Assembly (NCBI GenBank): GCA_050951545.1
Contig: JBMNJG010000011.1
Coordinates: 32,001 to 96,000 of the forward strand
DNA: 64,000 nt
From: Limnochordia bacterium
GTDB taxonomy: Bacteria; Bacillota; Limnochordia; DTU080
Direction: 5' to 3'
Shown: positions 38,077 through 48,847 of the stretch, piece by piece
How the letters are laid out: each line of letters starts with the position of its first letter
Numbering within the stretch: the stretch's first letter is position 1
Notes under the pieces: model-generated
What the model was told of the DNA's origin: nothing
Seen by the model: only the letters and a program-made list of their open reading frames with translations
Databases searched by the model: none
Made by a program: the position numbers and the translations under genes

Positions 38077-38984
38077 CTAGAGCCGGATAGCGGTTGGTCT
38101 CGCAGTATTGCTCACACATGCTTCATGGTACTCGGCCGGGGGTACATCCCGCAAGGAGCCGTGAAGCCTGCGGTGGTTATAGTAATCCATGAATTCAACG
38201 ACTGTCACGTAGGCCTCAGCGAAGCTGTTGAACTCGTACCGGCTGAAGCATTCATCTTCCAGTATCGAGTGAAAGGCTTCGATGTGGGCGTTTTTGTTCG
38301 GAGTCCTTACTGGTATGCATTCATGCTCCAATCCGAGTCCCTCGCATGCTGCTTGGAAGCGATGGCTCACGAATTGCGGTCCGTTATCCGAGCGGATAAT
38401 CACGGTAGCATCGCCAGTCTCAGTAGCTCGGCGCTGGCAGGCCCCCTGAATGCTTGCAGCGGCTTCCTCGGCCGTGCAACTGAGCCCAATGTGATAGTCG
38501 AGCACCATGCGATCGTACACATCTATCACCGTCTGTACGAAGAAGAAGCGACGTTCTTCGGCAATGTAACCATACTTGATGTCAGTCTCCCACAGCTGGT
38601 TGATACCTGTGATTTCCCTGTTCGTGGCTACCTTGCGTTTCGCAAGGCGAGGCCGCAATCGACGTTGAGTCTGCTTGATTCTGAGCCCGTGCTCTCTCTC
38701 TAACCAGCTCGTCAGCTTGCGATAGCCATAGGGGCAGCCGTCGCCGCTGATGGCAGCCAAGAGAAGCTCCTTTATGCACTCGTCACTAACGATCTCGCCT
38801 TTCGTGGTGAAGGAGAATCCGGGAATTGGTCGCCCACGCGAGCCGCCTTGCTTTCGCTTTTTGCCTCCTTTCGGGTTTTGGAGGCGCCAGTAGTACGTTG
38901 AGCGCGAAACACCCGCGAAGCGTAGAACCCAAGACACTGGGTAGCCTTTTGCGATCCATTTGTTGGCTACCTCGAGACGCTCAT
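38077..38984 (-). CDS. IS3 transposase OrfB (DDE), probably with an internal deletion
   Basis: YGYRK, WETDIKY, RSDNGPQF, NAHIEAFH, YNHRRLH; the NxKKVxRL segment after GLRI is missing. Confidence 0.85.
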
Positions 38985-39298
38985 CTAAAGATGGGTCCCC
39001 TTTTCTCGAGGTCACGCAAAATGGCAATCTTGAGGTCTTTCTCGCCCAGAAGGCGCTTAAGCTGGTCGTTCTCCCGCTCAATCCCCTGCGTACGTGGATC
39101 AGGCCCCCCGCTAGAACGCGAGCGCTCTAGCGGGGAGGTAAGGGCGTCAACACCATGCTCTTTGTAGCTTCTGGCCCATCGGTTTACGACTGCGGGGGCG
39201 AGTCCGTAACGTCTGGCCACAATACTCCCGGTGGCAGTTTCGATAGCCTCCTGAACAACTCGGACCTTGAAACCGACATCGTACTTTTGGCGGCTCAA
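38981..39298 (-). CDS. IS3 transposase OrfA (HTH)
   Basis: KYDVGFKVRVV...VARRYGL...LKRLLGEKDLKIAILRDL. Confidence 0.85.
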   Translation of the reverse strand: MSRQKYDVGFKVRVVQEAIETATGSIVARRYGLAPAVVNRWARSYKEHGVDALTSPLERSRSSGGPDPRTQGIERENDQLKRLLGEKDLKIAILRDLEKRGPIFR

Positions 39299-39665
39299 GA
39301 TAAACGCTCCCTCCGTCTTTTCAAGCGAGAGGCGAAGGGGGTGTGACACGGTTTCAGCTCGCCTCCCCCGGGGGAGGCGAGGACCCAACACCCTTCTTCC
39401 ATACCTTACCGTATCTGGTCCGATTGTCCAATTCCATTAGGGGGCCTAAGAGGACCAACTCTCGGGTAGGGTTTCCGGTAAGTGTGCCCATCGTGCGGAT
39501 GCCTACCGTATGCAGAGAAATCCTCGTACGTGTCAATGTTGAAAGCCGTGTTCTGCGTCGCCGATAGATGACAGCTCCAGACTTTGGCCCGGAGCTATTT
39601 CCTTGGTTGGGCAACGTAAGATAGGAATATGAGCACACAACTGAAACTAAGAATTATGGTAGACA

Positions 39666-39983
39666 GTGAGCAACAAGCAGCAGGTGAAGCTGGCCAGGGA
39701 AGGAAGATCTCAACTGCGACGGTTAGGAAAACGCTTTTTGGCAGGGCTTGTCAGTCGCCGAAATGTGGGTTATGATGAAGAACATGAAACGGCAGAGGGG
39801 AGGGAGTCCCTGGTGGCTGAGTTGATCGAGAAGTTCCGCCGGGTACAGTTGCCGCCACATCAGGAAAGAGGGATGGGGCTTCAACCCAACTGGAAAGACG
39901 CTATAACCAAGGAGTTCGCAGAGAAAGTGTTCGACGCTGCGCAGAAGCACCGTGACGCTATCAGAGAGCTCGAGAAGCACTGA
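39666..39983 (+). CDS. Putative antitoxin of the Doc toxin
   Basis: Small ORF directly upstream of doc; C-terminal amphipathic helix KHRDAIRELEK resembles Doc-antitoxin tails. Confidence 0.55.
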   Translation: MSNKQQVKLAREGRSQLRRLGKRFLAGLVSRRNVGYDEEHETAEGRESLVAELIEKFRRVQLPPHQERGMGLQPNWKDAITKEFAEKVFDAAQKHRDAIRELEKH

Positions 39984-39996
39984 TATTAGTGCTCAA

Positions 39997-40500
39997 ATGA
40001 GTGCGGTTTACCTACCCCATGTTCTTTTCATCCACTTTGTCGGCATCGACATAGTGTTCGAAGGGTATGGTTCTCCGAAGGAAAGCCGTGGGCTTCGCGG
40101 TAAAGGTGAACTCCTGCAATCTGCTCTTGCTCAACCCTACCAGACTTTTGGTGGGGTTGAGCTATATCCCAAGACCTTAGACAAAGCCGCCGTCTTACTC
40201 TTCGGGCTGACTAACAACCATCCATTCGTGGACGGTAACAAGAGGACAGCGCTGCTTACTACAGCTACATACTTACTGCAAAACGGGTATGATATTAGGG
40301 CAACTGAAAAGCAATGGGTAAGGCTGATGCTTGAAGTGGCCTATGGGAAATCGCAGCGAGGTATCCGTTTATGGTTGAAGAAGCATACGATCTTGATTAA
40401 GGATTTGTCAAAACATAAGGTGCTCGATCCGAAACTGGCAAAACGCAAGGTGACATTCCTGGAGGCTTTTGTGAGGTTTCTCGGTAGAGATCGTCAATAG
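39997..40500 (+). CDS. doc: Death-on-curing (Fic/Doc) toxin
   Basis: LLQSALAQPYQTFGG.ELYP...KAA, HPFVDGNKRTA. Confidence 0.9.
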   Translation: MSAVYLPHVLFIHFVGIDIVFEGYGSPKESRGLRGKGELLQSALAQPYQTFGGVELYPKTLDKAAVLLFGLTNNHPFVDGNKRTALLTTATYLLQNGYDIRATEKQWVRLMLEVAYGKSQRGIRLWLKKHTILIKDLSKHKVLDPKLAKRKVTFLEAFVRFLGRDRQ

Positions 40501-40503
40501 GAT

Positions 40504-40536
40504 GCCCCGGGCCCTGACTGTCCGGGGTTCCTATTG
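40504..40536 (+). terminator. Hairpin after TA operon
   Basis: CCCCGGG...TCCGGGG stem immediately after the stop codon. Confidence 0.5.
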
Positions 40537-41014
40537 TGTGGTAGATTAGCCATACCCACCGCAGCGCCCATCCAGGAGTCGTGTCCACCCGCCAGTCCAT
40601 CGCGCCCGTCATATGGCGAACTCATTGAGGCCCGTCAAATCGAGCTAGGCTTTGACTGAAAAGGACGCCGGCCGAGATCCCAGGTTTGGTAGATGGGAGG
40701 GAAGAGGGTGGTCGTCCCTCTGGTACTAGTCTTGCCTGGCGCTAGTGGCGCGTTCCTACTTCGCCTCCGGCCAAGCGGGGCATGTGTATGGGTGACGAGA
40801 TTGATGTCGCGTGATCGGACGGCCACGCTTGGATGGCAGGTGAAGGTGCCAGAGCCCTTCGCCCTTCGGGGGCAAAAGCTTGGTCATGAGTTGGTCATGA
40901 CTCGGACCGCACGGGGCAAGATGGGGCCGCTCTAGGCGGACCGGTTGTAGGCAACGGGCCAGCGAGACGCATTACGAGTAGCCGCGGCGGCATACACCAG
41001 ACTCGGGCAATGCA

Positions 41015-41110
41015 ACCTCTAATGCGGGTGTCCTGGGTTCGAGTCCCAGCGGGCTCACCAAACGAAAACGCCTTCCCTAAGCGGTTTCTGGGAGGGTGTT
41101 TGGCTTTGTT
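41015..41110 (+). other. Third diverged att site: tRNA 3'-half fragment plus homologous terminator
   Basis: CCTCTAATGCGGGTGTCCTGGGTTCGAGTCCCAGCGGGCTCACCA then AAAACGCCTTCC...GGAGGGTGTTT. Confidence 0.8.
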
Positions 41111-41447
41111 GGGGGGGGTGGACAAGGTGACGATCTCAGATCTGCCATCCGGTCTGTCCTCCATTTGCGCTGGTCCCTGTGGGTACACGCAAGCTCGCCG
41201 GGCGTATCTGCCTACAAGGGCATGAGGCTCCTGCTAGTGAACCTCAGACGATGGTAATACACAAAGCAGTAAGGAATGGGGCAAGACGAAAAGGAAATAA
41301 ACACGCCGCTCGTAAATAATAAATAGTCATTGAGTATCCATGGCATGAGACATACCTGATAATGCGGGCTGTCTTGCAGCTCCTTGACGGACTAATGTCC
41401 CTTTGCCATGAAGGATGCCTCAAGAGTGATACCATAGGAGGGGTATT

Positions 41448-41634
41448 ATGCAGCGGTCATGCTCAATGTACTGGCTCAGATTTCTGCTCGTGTTACTTAT
41501 CGTTGTTGGGGTTAGCCATTTCGCTGCCGCAAAGACCACGATCACTCTGCTTGCTGGTAACGTTAACGAAAACATCTGGAGTGCGGCACTTGCGTCGTTT
41601 GAGCGGGACAATCCGGATATCGAAGTGCGGTACG
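41448..41634 (+). pseudogene. Sugar ABC solute-binding protein N-terminal fragment
   Basis: AGGAGG RBS, signal peptide, FERDNPDIEV motif, cut by IS. Confidence 0.75.
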
Positions 41635-43208
41635 TGTCAAGCCCTGTGAGACACCTACATACAAAGTTTAACTGAACTGACGAGGTCACATCATCTCCTT
41701 GGGGCGGGTTGATCCACACGGCCGTTGGAACTGCAGCGGATCGGGGGGGCGGGCCCCCACGAAACGCTCCGGATGTGCCGCATAGGCGGCGTCAAGGATC
41801 TGCTGCCTTCGGGGCCAACACCTCATCGGCACGGCCGTAGTGTAGCGTTTCCGGGGTGAGAAGGCCAATTCCGGAGTGCCGATGACGCTTGTTTGTACCA
41901 GTCGAAGAAGTGCTGGCAGAAGGCTCGGGCGTCCTGAATCGAACCGAAACGTTTGGGGAAATCAGGCCGATACTTCAGCGTCTTGAACTGGGCCTCTGAG
42001 AACGGATTGTCGTTGCTGGTATGGGGTCTGCTGTGCGTTTTCCGTGATGCCCAGGTCCGCCAGCAGGAAGGCAACAACAGCCTTGGAGGTCATCGCTGAC
42101 CCACGATCGGCGTGTACTGTAAGTTGGCCAGGCGAAACCCCCTGTTTGTCCACGGTGAAGGCAATAAAGCGTTCGGCAAGAGCTGCGCTTTCACGTTCGG
42201 CTATCATCCAACCGACGACGTAGCGGCTGAAGATGTCCATGATGACATAGAGATAGTAGTACGTCCATTTGGCTGGTCCAAGCAGTTTGGTGATGTCCCA
42301 GGACCACACCTGGTTTGGGCCTGTGGCAAGCAGCCTCGGGCTTTTGGTAGTTGGATGGCGCAGTTGGTCACGGCGCTCTCGCACCTCGCCGTGTTCCTCC
42401 AGGATGCGGTACATGGTCCTGATGGAGCAGAGGTAGATCCCGTCCTCGTCGAGTAAGCGTGGCGTAGACGCTAGCAGGGGCTTGATCGACAAAAACGCTC
42501 TGAGCGAAGCACTTTGAGCACCTCTTCCCTTTCGTCATCACTTAACGCCCGGGCCGGCTTGGCCCTTACCGCATCGCCTGTCTGCTGCCTGGGATTGCGC
42601 GCTTCCGGTACACGGTCGCCCGGGGGACACCTAGCACACGGCACGCCTCCGCTGTACCGACAAGGCCTGAAAGCTCCTCTACACCCTCGATCAGCTGCTC
42701 CCGCCACTGGAGGAGCCCTGAGTCGGAAAGCCAAGCAGATCTGAGATTTTTTTTTGCACCTCGATGACCGTTTCGGCTTTCTCTAGCCTCGCCTTTAGCT
42801 GCTCCACCTCACGCTCTAGTTCAGCAATTCGGCGTGCCTTGGCCCGATCGGCGTCTTGCTTTGGGCCCCGGTTTCTGCGTGGCTAGTCCCGCTAGCAGAA
42901 CCCTTTTCCCTCTGCTGCCGCCAATAGGTCAGATGTGAGGCATACAGTCCTTCGCGGCGCAGCAAAGCGCCCCTTTCCTGGGCCGTACAAGCCTCCGCTT
43001 CCTTTAGGATTCGTAGCTTGTACTCCGCTGTGAAAGTCCGTCGCGGTTGCCCGCGGCACCACCTCCGGGTTTGGTGGTACCTCTAGACCTCTGGCCATGC
43101 CTTGTCCGTACACCCTTGTTAACGTCCGCCCTTGCTGTTCATGCCATCCACCTCTCCCACCCTCTACACTAAATTCGGGATGGAAGGGTGGTCTCACCTA
43201 TCTTGGCA
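41635..43208 (-). mobile_element. IS3-family element with frameshifted transposase
   Basis: IRs TGTCAAGCCCTGTGAGAC / TGCCAAGATAGGTGAGAC; WSWDITKL, HADRGSAM, SNDNPFSEAQFKTLKY spread over several frames. Confidence 0.85.
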
Positions 43209-44408
43209 CAGAGGGTGGAACCGATTTTCGTCGCGTGGGATGCTGCCGACGATAAGTTCGTCACCATGGTAGCGGGTGGCTCTGCGCCGGATGTGTTCCT
43301 GGCAGAACTCAGTGTACGGGTGGCCTACATATGCATATAAGGGGCTGCTACTGGATCTCTCACCGCTTGTAAACAAAAACAAAGACCAGATCAAATACCA
43401 GGATGTCCTTCCCGTCGGCTGGAACAATGCCATGGTTGGAGGAAGATTGAGCGGCTTCGCTGGACTGTCTTCTGGGTTTGGCGTAAAGGTACAACGCTAC
43501 CCTATTTGAGGAAGCTGGCCTGTCTCTGCCGCCTACAGACTGGAACGATACCTCGTGGAACTGGAATACGATGGGTTGACTATGCTCGCAAAGTGACAGT
43601 GGTCAACAGCGATGGACAGGCCACTTGTATGGGTGTTGACTTCTGGGATGCTGACAATCTCATTGGTTACGCCTGGGCATTTGGAGGAGACTGGTTCAGT
43701 CCCGAGTCCTATCCAACAGGGGTTGTCGACCAAGTGACATTGGTCACGCCACAGAACATAGAAGCCTACGAGGCACTTGCCTCTCTGAAGGCTGAGACGG
43801 GGGTACGTCCGGGTGGTCGGATCCCGTCAGCTTTTCCGATAGGCGGAGCGAATAGCTTCTTCACAGGAAACGTGGGCATGTGGATCGATGCCACTGAGCT
43901 GGTAAGTGCGGCAAAGAACCCGGCGGTTGCCGATTTCAAATGGGGCCTGGCTCCTTTCCCATTTCCTGTCAATGGCAAGCGCGAGGGGACCTTCTCTTGG
44001 AGCGGAGCCTATGCAGGGATTTCAGCAGACAGTAGGCACCCAGATGAGGCTTGGCGCCTGATCGCGTATCTGACTGCCGACACGACCGATCAGGCAGTCC
44101 GTGATGCTTCGTACATGAATCCCCGTAGATCGTTTTGGATGCGGCGCATCAATGACTGGCTGAGTGAAGGTTTGTCAGCTTTGGGTTCGAGGGAGCTGCA
44201 GCAAGTGACCTTTGGTGCACTGGAGCGAGCCCTGCCGCTTCCTCGCGTCACCATGGTGGGTGCCGATGAGGTGTGGAAGAGCGTGCAACAGTTTGTCGTT
44301 CCAGCCTTGGGAGGTCGGACCAGTGTGAAAGGCGCCTTGGAGCAGGCACAGTCGGTTGCGGAAGGTAGAGTGGTGGAGTATACCAAACAGAACGTTGGAG
44401 GGAACTAG
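43209..44408 (+). pseudogene. Sugar ABC solute-binding protein (5'-truncated, frameshifted)
   Basis: KFVTMVAGGSAPDVF, LLDLSPLV, FEEAGL, F.TGNVGM, KWGLAPFP, HPDEAWRLI in shifting frames. Confidence 0.8.
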
Positions 44409-44789
44409 AGAAAGGGAGAAATCGGGGTATGCGCAGCATGTCGAGGACGACTCTGGCATGCCTGCTTGCATTGATCCTGGTTATCTCTGCCACCAGCATG
44501 TGCGAGCATTTGCTCGCACATGCTGGTATGAGTGCGGAATGGGATCCAGTGAGCAATGCAGGTTGGTTTCTGACACATCAAGGCACCTACATAGACGAGA
44601 GTGCGCTAGATCAAGGTCACGTGCTTTGGCGCACCAGTGAGTCGAGCAAGGCTTATCCTGCTGGACAGATGGCCTTCCCGTAATCAATAGGACGGGCGGT
44701 AACTGTAACAACGCACTTCTCCTTCGTCCCCTCTACAGGCGAGCATAAGATATGCCTTGCTGGTTTGGCAACCAGCCCCAGCTACTTGC

Positions 44790-45520
44790 TCAATGCGGGT
44801 TTTCCTCTAGGAAGGCGCGAATGCGCCGGCTGATCTCGCCTACAGCCGTCTTGGGCTCCGCCTGGTTAGCCCACACGGTGTTTAGTTCACCGTCAATGAT
44901 CCGCTGAAGATCCTGCCTGCCAAGCGCGACAACACGCGACGTGGTGGCCATCAGAATGTCAGGATAGATCCCCGGGTTGATAACAGTTTTCGAAAGCCAG
45001 GACAACTGAATGGGACGCGCCGGGGTGCGCCCCGCTAACCGCGCGTTCTGCGCTGCTCCGACTGGCCCTGCCGTATAAGCCACCAAGCGCCACGCGGCGT
45101 CGACATAGCGCGTTGCTCGAGTGATCGAGATACTCCAACTACCGAGATCTGACGTATAACGGCGGTCGTAGATCATGTAAAAAGCGCTCATCAGCAAAAA
45201 CTCATGATAACCGGCATGTCGATGTTCACTACATGGCGAACGGTAGCAGCAGCTATAAGCGCCACCAAACCGATCACGATAGCCCGATTGCACACGCATG
45301 CGCTCAACTCTGATGTCCGGGTTGTCCTTTTCGAAAATAGCGATGCTTTCCGCAGCCGCCTGTTCAGTAGCCTCGACTCCCGCCTGGTACATGTACTCAA
45401 TGACATGGTTGACCCCCCTCCCGACCAGGCAACCACGCCTGCACCGATTTGCAGACACGGCAAGCGGTGCCATGACATAACCAGCAGTTCGCCGCCATTT
45501 CCCGTGTGCGCCCGAGTGAT
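44790..45520 (-). pseudogene. Sugar ABC solute-binding protein remnant
   Basis: FEKDNPDIRVER N-terminus joined to AAWRLVAY C-terminus, with frameshifts and most of the middle missing. Confidence 0.7.
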
Positions 45521-45859
45521 CGCAGCCTGTTGTGTTCTCCTCGTACGCAGGCGCAGGACAACGCGCCCAAGCCAGGGAACGATCCCACGGCTGCGCTGTG
45601 AAAGCTACCGAGAGTTGCTTCGTAGCGATGCCGCCGGATGAGAACATTTTCCAACATGGAAGGTGCTTGGAAGGCATTTGAATAAGGCGGGATTCCTATG
45701 CCAACTTCTGTCCCTGGGCGGCTCCCTCGATTGTACCTCATCGCTCTATTGTGCTTTGCCGCATTACTGCCACTTGTCGCAAGTTGCGTGTCCTTCTCGA
45801 CGAGCAGGACGTCCCCGAATCCCTGGAGGTGAGACTCCCCGCTGGCAGCTATTACCCTC

Positions 45860-47589
45860 GTGGTAGTTTGTGAAGCGGAAACCAATGCATTGGTGCTTCC
45901 CTCAGAGCAACAGCTTGAGGTGATAGCCGGCCAACAGGATGTAGGAGATACCCCGCATGACTTCAGTCTGGCGCACGGATTCTACCCCCATGCGGCAGGC
46001 GTGTGGCGCCAGGGCTTGGTGCAGCTATCTCTCGCTGTCTTCTTGCTCGCTTGGGAGCGGTACCTGGTCCAGCGCCACAGGCAGTCACCTGGGGTTCTGG
46101 TAGGCAGGGCAGTGGCTCTCGCATCCATTCTGTCTGTGGCTACTTTCGGTCAGCATGCGTACCAGTGGCAGCAGTGGTGCTCACTGATGTCCGCAGGAAC
46201 TGAATACTACTTTGGTAGTACGGGATCTCTTCTGCGAGATTGGCAGAGCGTGGGAGGAACCACTTCATTGCTGCCCACTGGCGAAAAAGAGCCTACCTTC
46301 AGTGTAACGGCCTACGATATCGATCTGGTGCTGCCACAGGACGATGAAGAACCATCGGCCATAGTGATAATGGCAGTGACCACAAGCGGCGAGGAACGCT
46401 TGTTTTTCACGCTCGCACATGCCATGCACGTGGAATCGGTGGAGTACTGCTCCGATACCAAGGCGCATCTTGCAGAGCAGGATTCCTTGGCCTGGCGAGA
46501 AGCTGGCGGTTCCTGAGATGGCTGGCGCAGAGGGCAATGTGGCTTTGCGCATGAAGTACTCAATAGCAACGGAACAGCTCTGGCGAGGAGTTCAGGGTCG
46601 CCAGCTCATGCAGTTTGCAGGCGATCAAGGTGCGTATTTGAACGCCCGATTGGGCTGGTATCCTTTGGCGGGAGGGTGGTGTCTGGCAACAACAATAACC
46701 GCTATCTTTCGTCCAGGCAAACCAGTGCATGTGATGCCCGGCCTACAGGTCTTGGACCGCGAAGAGACACACCGGCACTGGCTGAACGCGGATTTCCAGC
46801 TTAGGGTGAAGGCAGCCCCGGGCCAGCTGGTGGGCGACCAACCTGTCGCCCAAGGGGGCTGGGTCAGATGAGTGGCGAGGACATGCAGGCGGCGTGTCAC
46901 TTTATGTGGCGTCGATGAGTGCCTTCACAGCTCCTGGTCTAGAGATAGTCGCTCCGAAGCAGGCCTTGCGGAATGCCGAGGTCATGCGTGATGTCTTTGG
47001 GGTGCTCGAGGGATTCTACCGCGACGTGTTGGCGATTGACCTGCCACCCGTACGCGTCACAGTGATACCGCGCTGGCTTGATCGTACTTACTCGCGTTGG
47101 ATTGCTGGCAGTACGGGGCACTTGAGGGTTAGTACTCTCCTGGGTACTGAAGCCTGGCGTGAAGAGGAGACGGCGATTGTCCTGCGAGATGCTGAGCGAT
47201 GGATGGTTGCAGGCAAGCCGAAGGGCAACTTGCTCGTCTGGGCCAGTCGATCGCTCCATGCGGCTATCCACAAAGCCCTGTGGAGTGGCCTGGACGCGCA
47301 AGGGGACTACACCCGCAACCCAGTTGCCGAGGGCGTAGTGCAGTATCTCTCAACTCTCTGGTTGGACTATGCATTGGGCGCGGACGGACCTGCTGAGTAC
47401 CGTCTTTCCCTCCAGCACTACCGATCACAGGCTGAGCTGGGCAGTCAGGTGGCACAAGTTGTCATGCGATTGGGCGAGGAACGCCAACGCGGTGGTGAGG
47501 CACCTGTGGGGCTGCTACTGCGCCAACTGAGAAGCCAGAACGACAAGGGCGAGCTGTCTTGGGGAGACTGGGTCCGTCTGACGCAATAG
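45860..47589 (+). pseudogene. Fragmented ABC-2 permease/M1-aminopeptidase-like membrane protein
   Basis: TM segments, YDIDL, FFTL, GWYP and degenerate HAAIHKALW...AEGVVQY across three ORFs. Confidence 0.45.
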
Positions 47590-47933
47590 GGTGCCCGCGG
47601 GTTGCAGAACTCGTGCGAGGTGGTTGAGCATGGCTTGGTGGCAGTGCTTTCGTTATACTCTACGCATATGTTGGGCTTCTCACCTGTGGCTGCTGCTCGC
47701 TGTGATGGCAGTGGCTACGACAGCGATTGTTGTGGAAGGGTACGCGGAACCACTAGCCAGAGCTCAGGCGTGGGCGTTGACGCTTGTGGAGGTGGTAGCT
47801 CCCCTGGTAGCTATGGCGGCTATGAGCCATGTCTTGACGATCGACTCTGATGCTGGATTCCTCGAGGTGCTGAGGAGTCACTCGTTGAGTGGCATGCGGT
47901 TGGCTTGGGAGCGACTAGCTGCAGACTGATTCA

Positions 47934-48375
47934 GTGAAAGGCAGGGCTGGTGTGGAGGGAAGTGCAAGGGCCCTCAACGACGAGGATATCGTAGCAGCCT
48001 TGCGTCAGCGCAGTGACGTTGGCGTAGAACAGTTGCTGGCCACATACCATGCGCCACTGCTGGCCTGCGCTTTTCGTCTCTTGGCTGATCGTCATGCCGC
48101 GGAGGATGTGGTGCAGGAGTCGCTTCTGCGCTTCCTCAATTACCTAGATGATCTGCGTGATCCCGCCAGGCTGCGTGCTCAGGGAGCTTGCTCCCGCACA
48201 TGCTGAGGTCCTGATCCTTCGTTTCTACGAGGACATGGAGTTGGAGATGATTGCAGACATTCTGCGACTGCCAGTGGGCATAGTGAAGTCACGACTTCAC
48301 TATGCCCTGAAGCGCCTGCGGTGCTTGAGTCAGGCAAGGGTAGCAGAACAGAGGGTAGGGGGGGTGGGCTCATGA
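47934..48375 (+). pseudogene. ECF sigma factor with internal deletion/frameshift
   Basis: Region 2 (AEDVVQESLL) joined out of frame to region 4 (LRFYEDM...VGIVKSRLHYALKRLR). Confidence 0.8.
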
Positions 48376-48593
48376 GCCGTAAACTGCAGCGTATGTATGT
48401 CGAAGCGGGCCTACCGAACGTTGACGAGCAGACAGCAACCTACCTGGAACTGGGCTTGGAGAATGAGAGAGTGCCCCAGCCAAGAGCAGCGGAAACGTCC
48501 CACTTACAGGCTGTGCTAAGCGAGCACATGGCTACTGCCCAGCCGCTTCGCTACCGCAAGCTCGTGGAGAGAGAGCGCCCTCTGGCTGAGTAG
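48372..48593 (+). pseudogene. Probable anti-sigma factor fragment
   Basis: ATGA-coupled to the sigma gene, short and truncated. Confidence 0.35.
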
Positions 48594-48782
48594 CGCAGTG
48601 GTGATAGCATCTGACCCCGGGGCAATGGCTGGAGTACCTAGCCCGCTTGAACAGGCGCGAGGGCAGGTATGGCAGCCGCCCGGTGCCGCAGCAGTCATTC
48701 CCACTCTTGATGATGTTTGTGAGCTCTTGGCGGAGGGCCACTTGACCACCACTGGAGCAGATAGCGAGGACTAGAACAGAAA

Positions 48783-48817
48783 GCGACGGCCCAGCATAAG
48801 CTGGGCCTCGTCTTTCT
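48783..48817. terminator. Terminator between convergent genes
   Basis: GGCCCAGC-ATAA-GCTGGGCC hairpin followed by TCTTT. Confidence 0.6.
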
Positions 48818-48847
48818 GTTGGGGGGTGAGACTGGTCCAGATGCGCC

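Larger units (their letters stand above)
38051..39452 (-). mobile_element. IS3-family insertion sequence
   Basis: Imperfect IRs (CCCCCTATAATTGGACA / TGTCCAATTCCATTAGGGGG), orfA + orfB; exact ends approximate. Confidence 0.85.

Noticed and set aside
40500-41010. Short ORFs between doc and the third att site
   Set aside because: No RBS or motif support
41015-41060. tRNA-Arg(TCT) gene
   Set aside because: 5' half absent and the anticodon loop lacks U33; treated as an att relic
31289-41060. Complete prophage or ICE
   Set aside because: No capsid, terminase, tail, lysis, relaxase or T4SS genes
44429-44683. 84-aa secreted protein
   Set aside because: Signal-like start but no recognisable family; probably a fragment in the decayed zone
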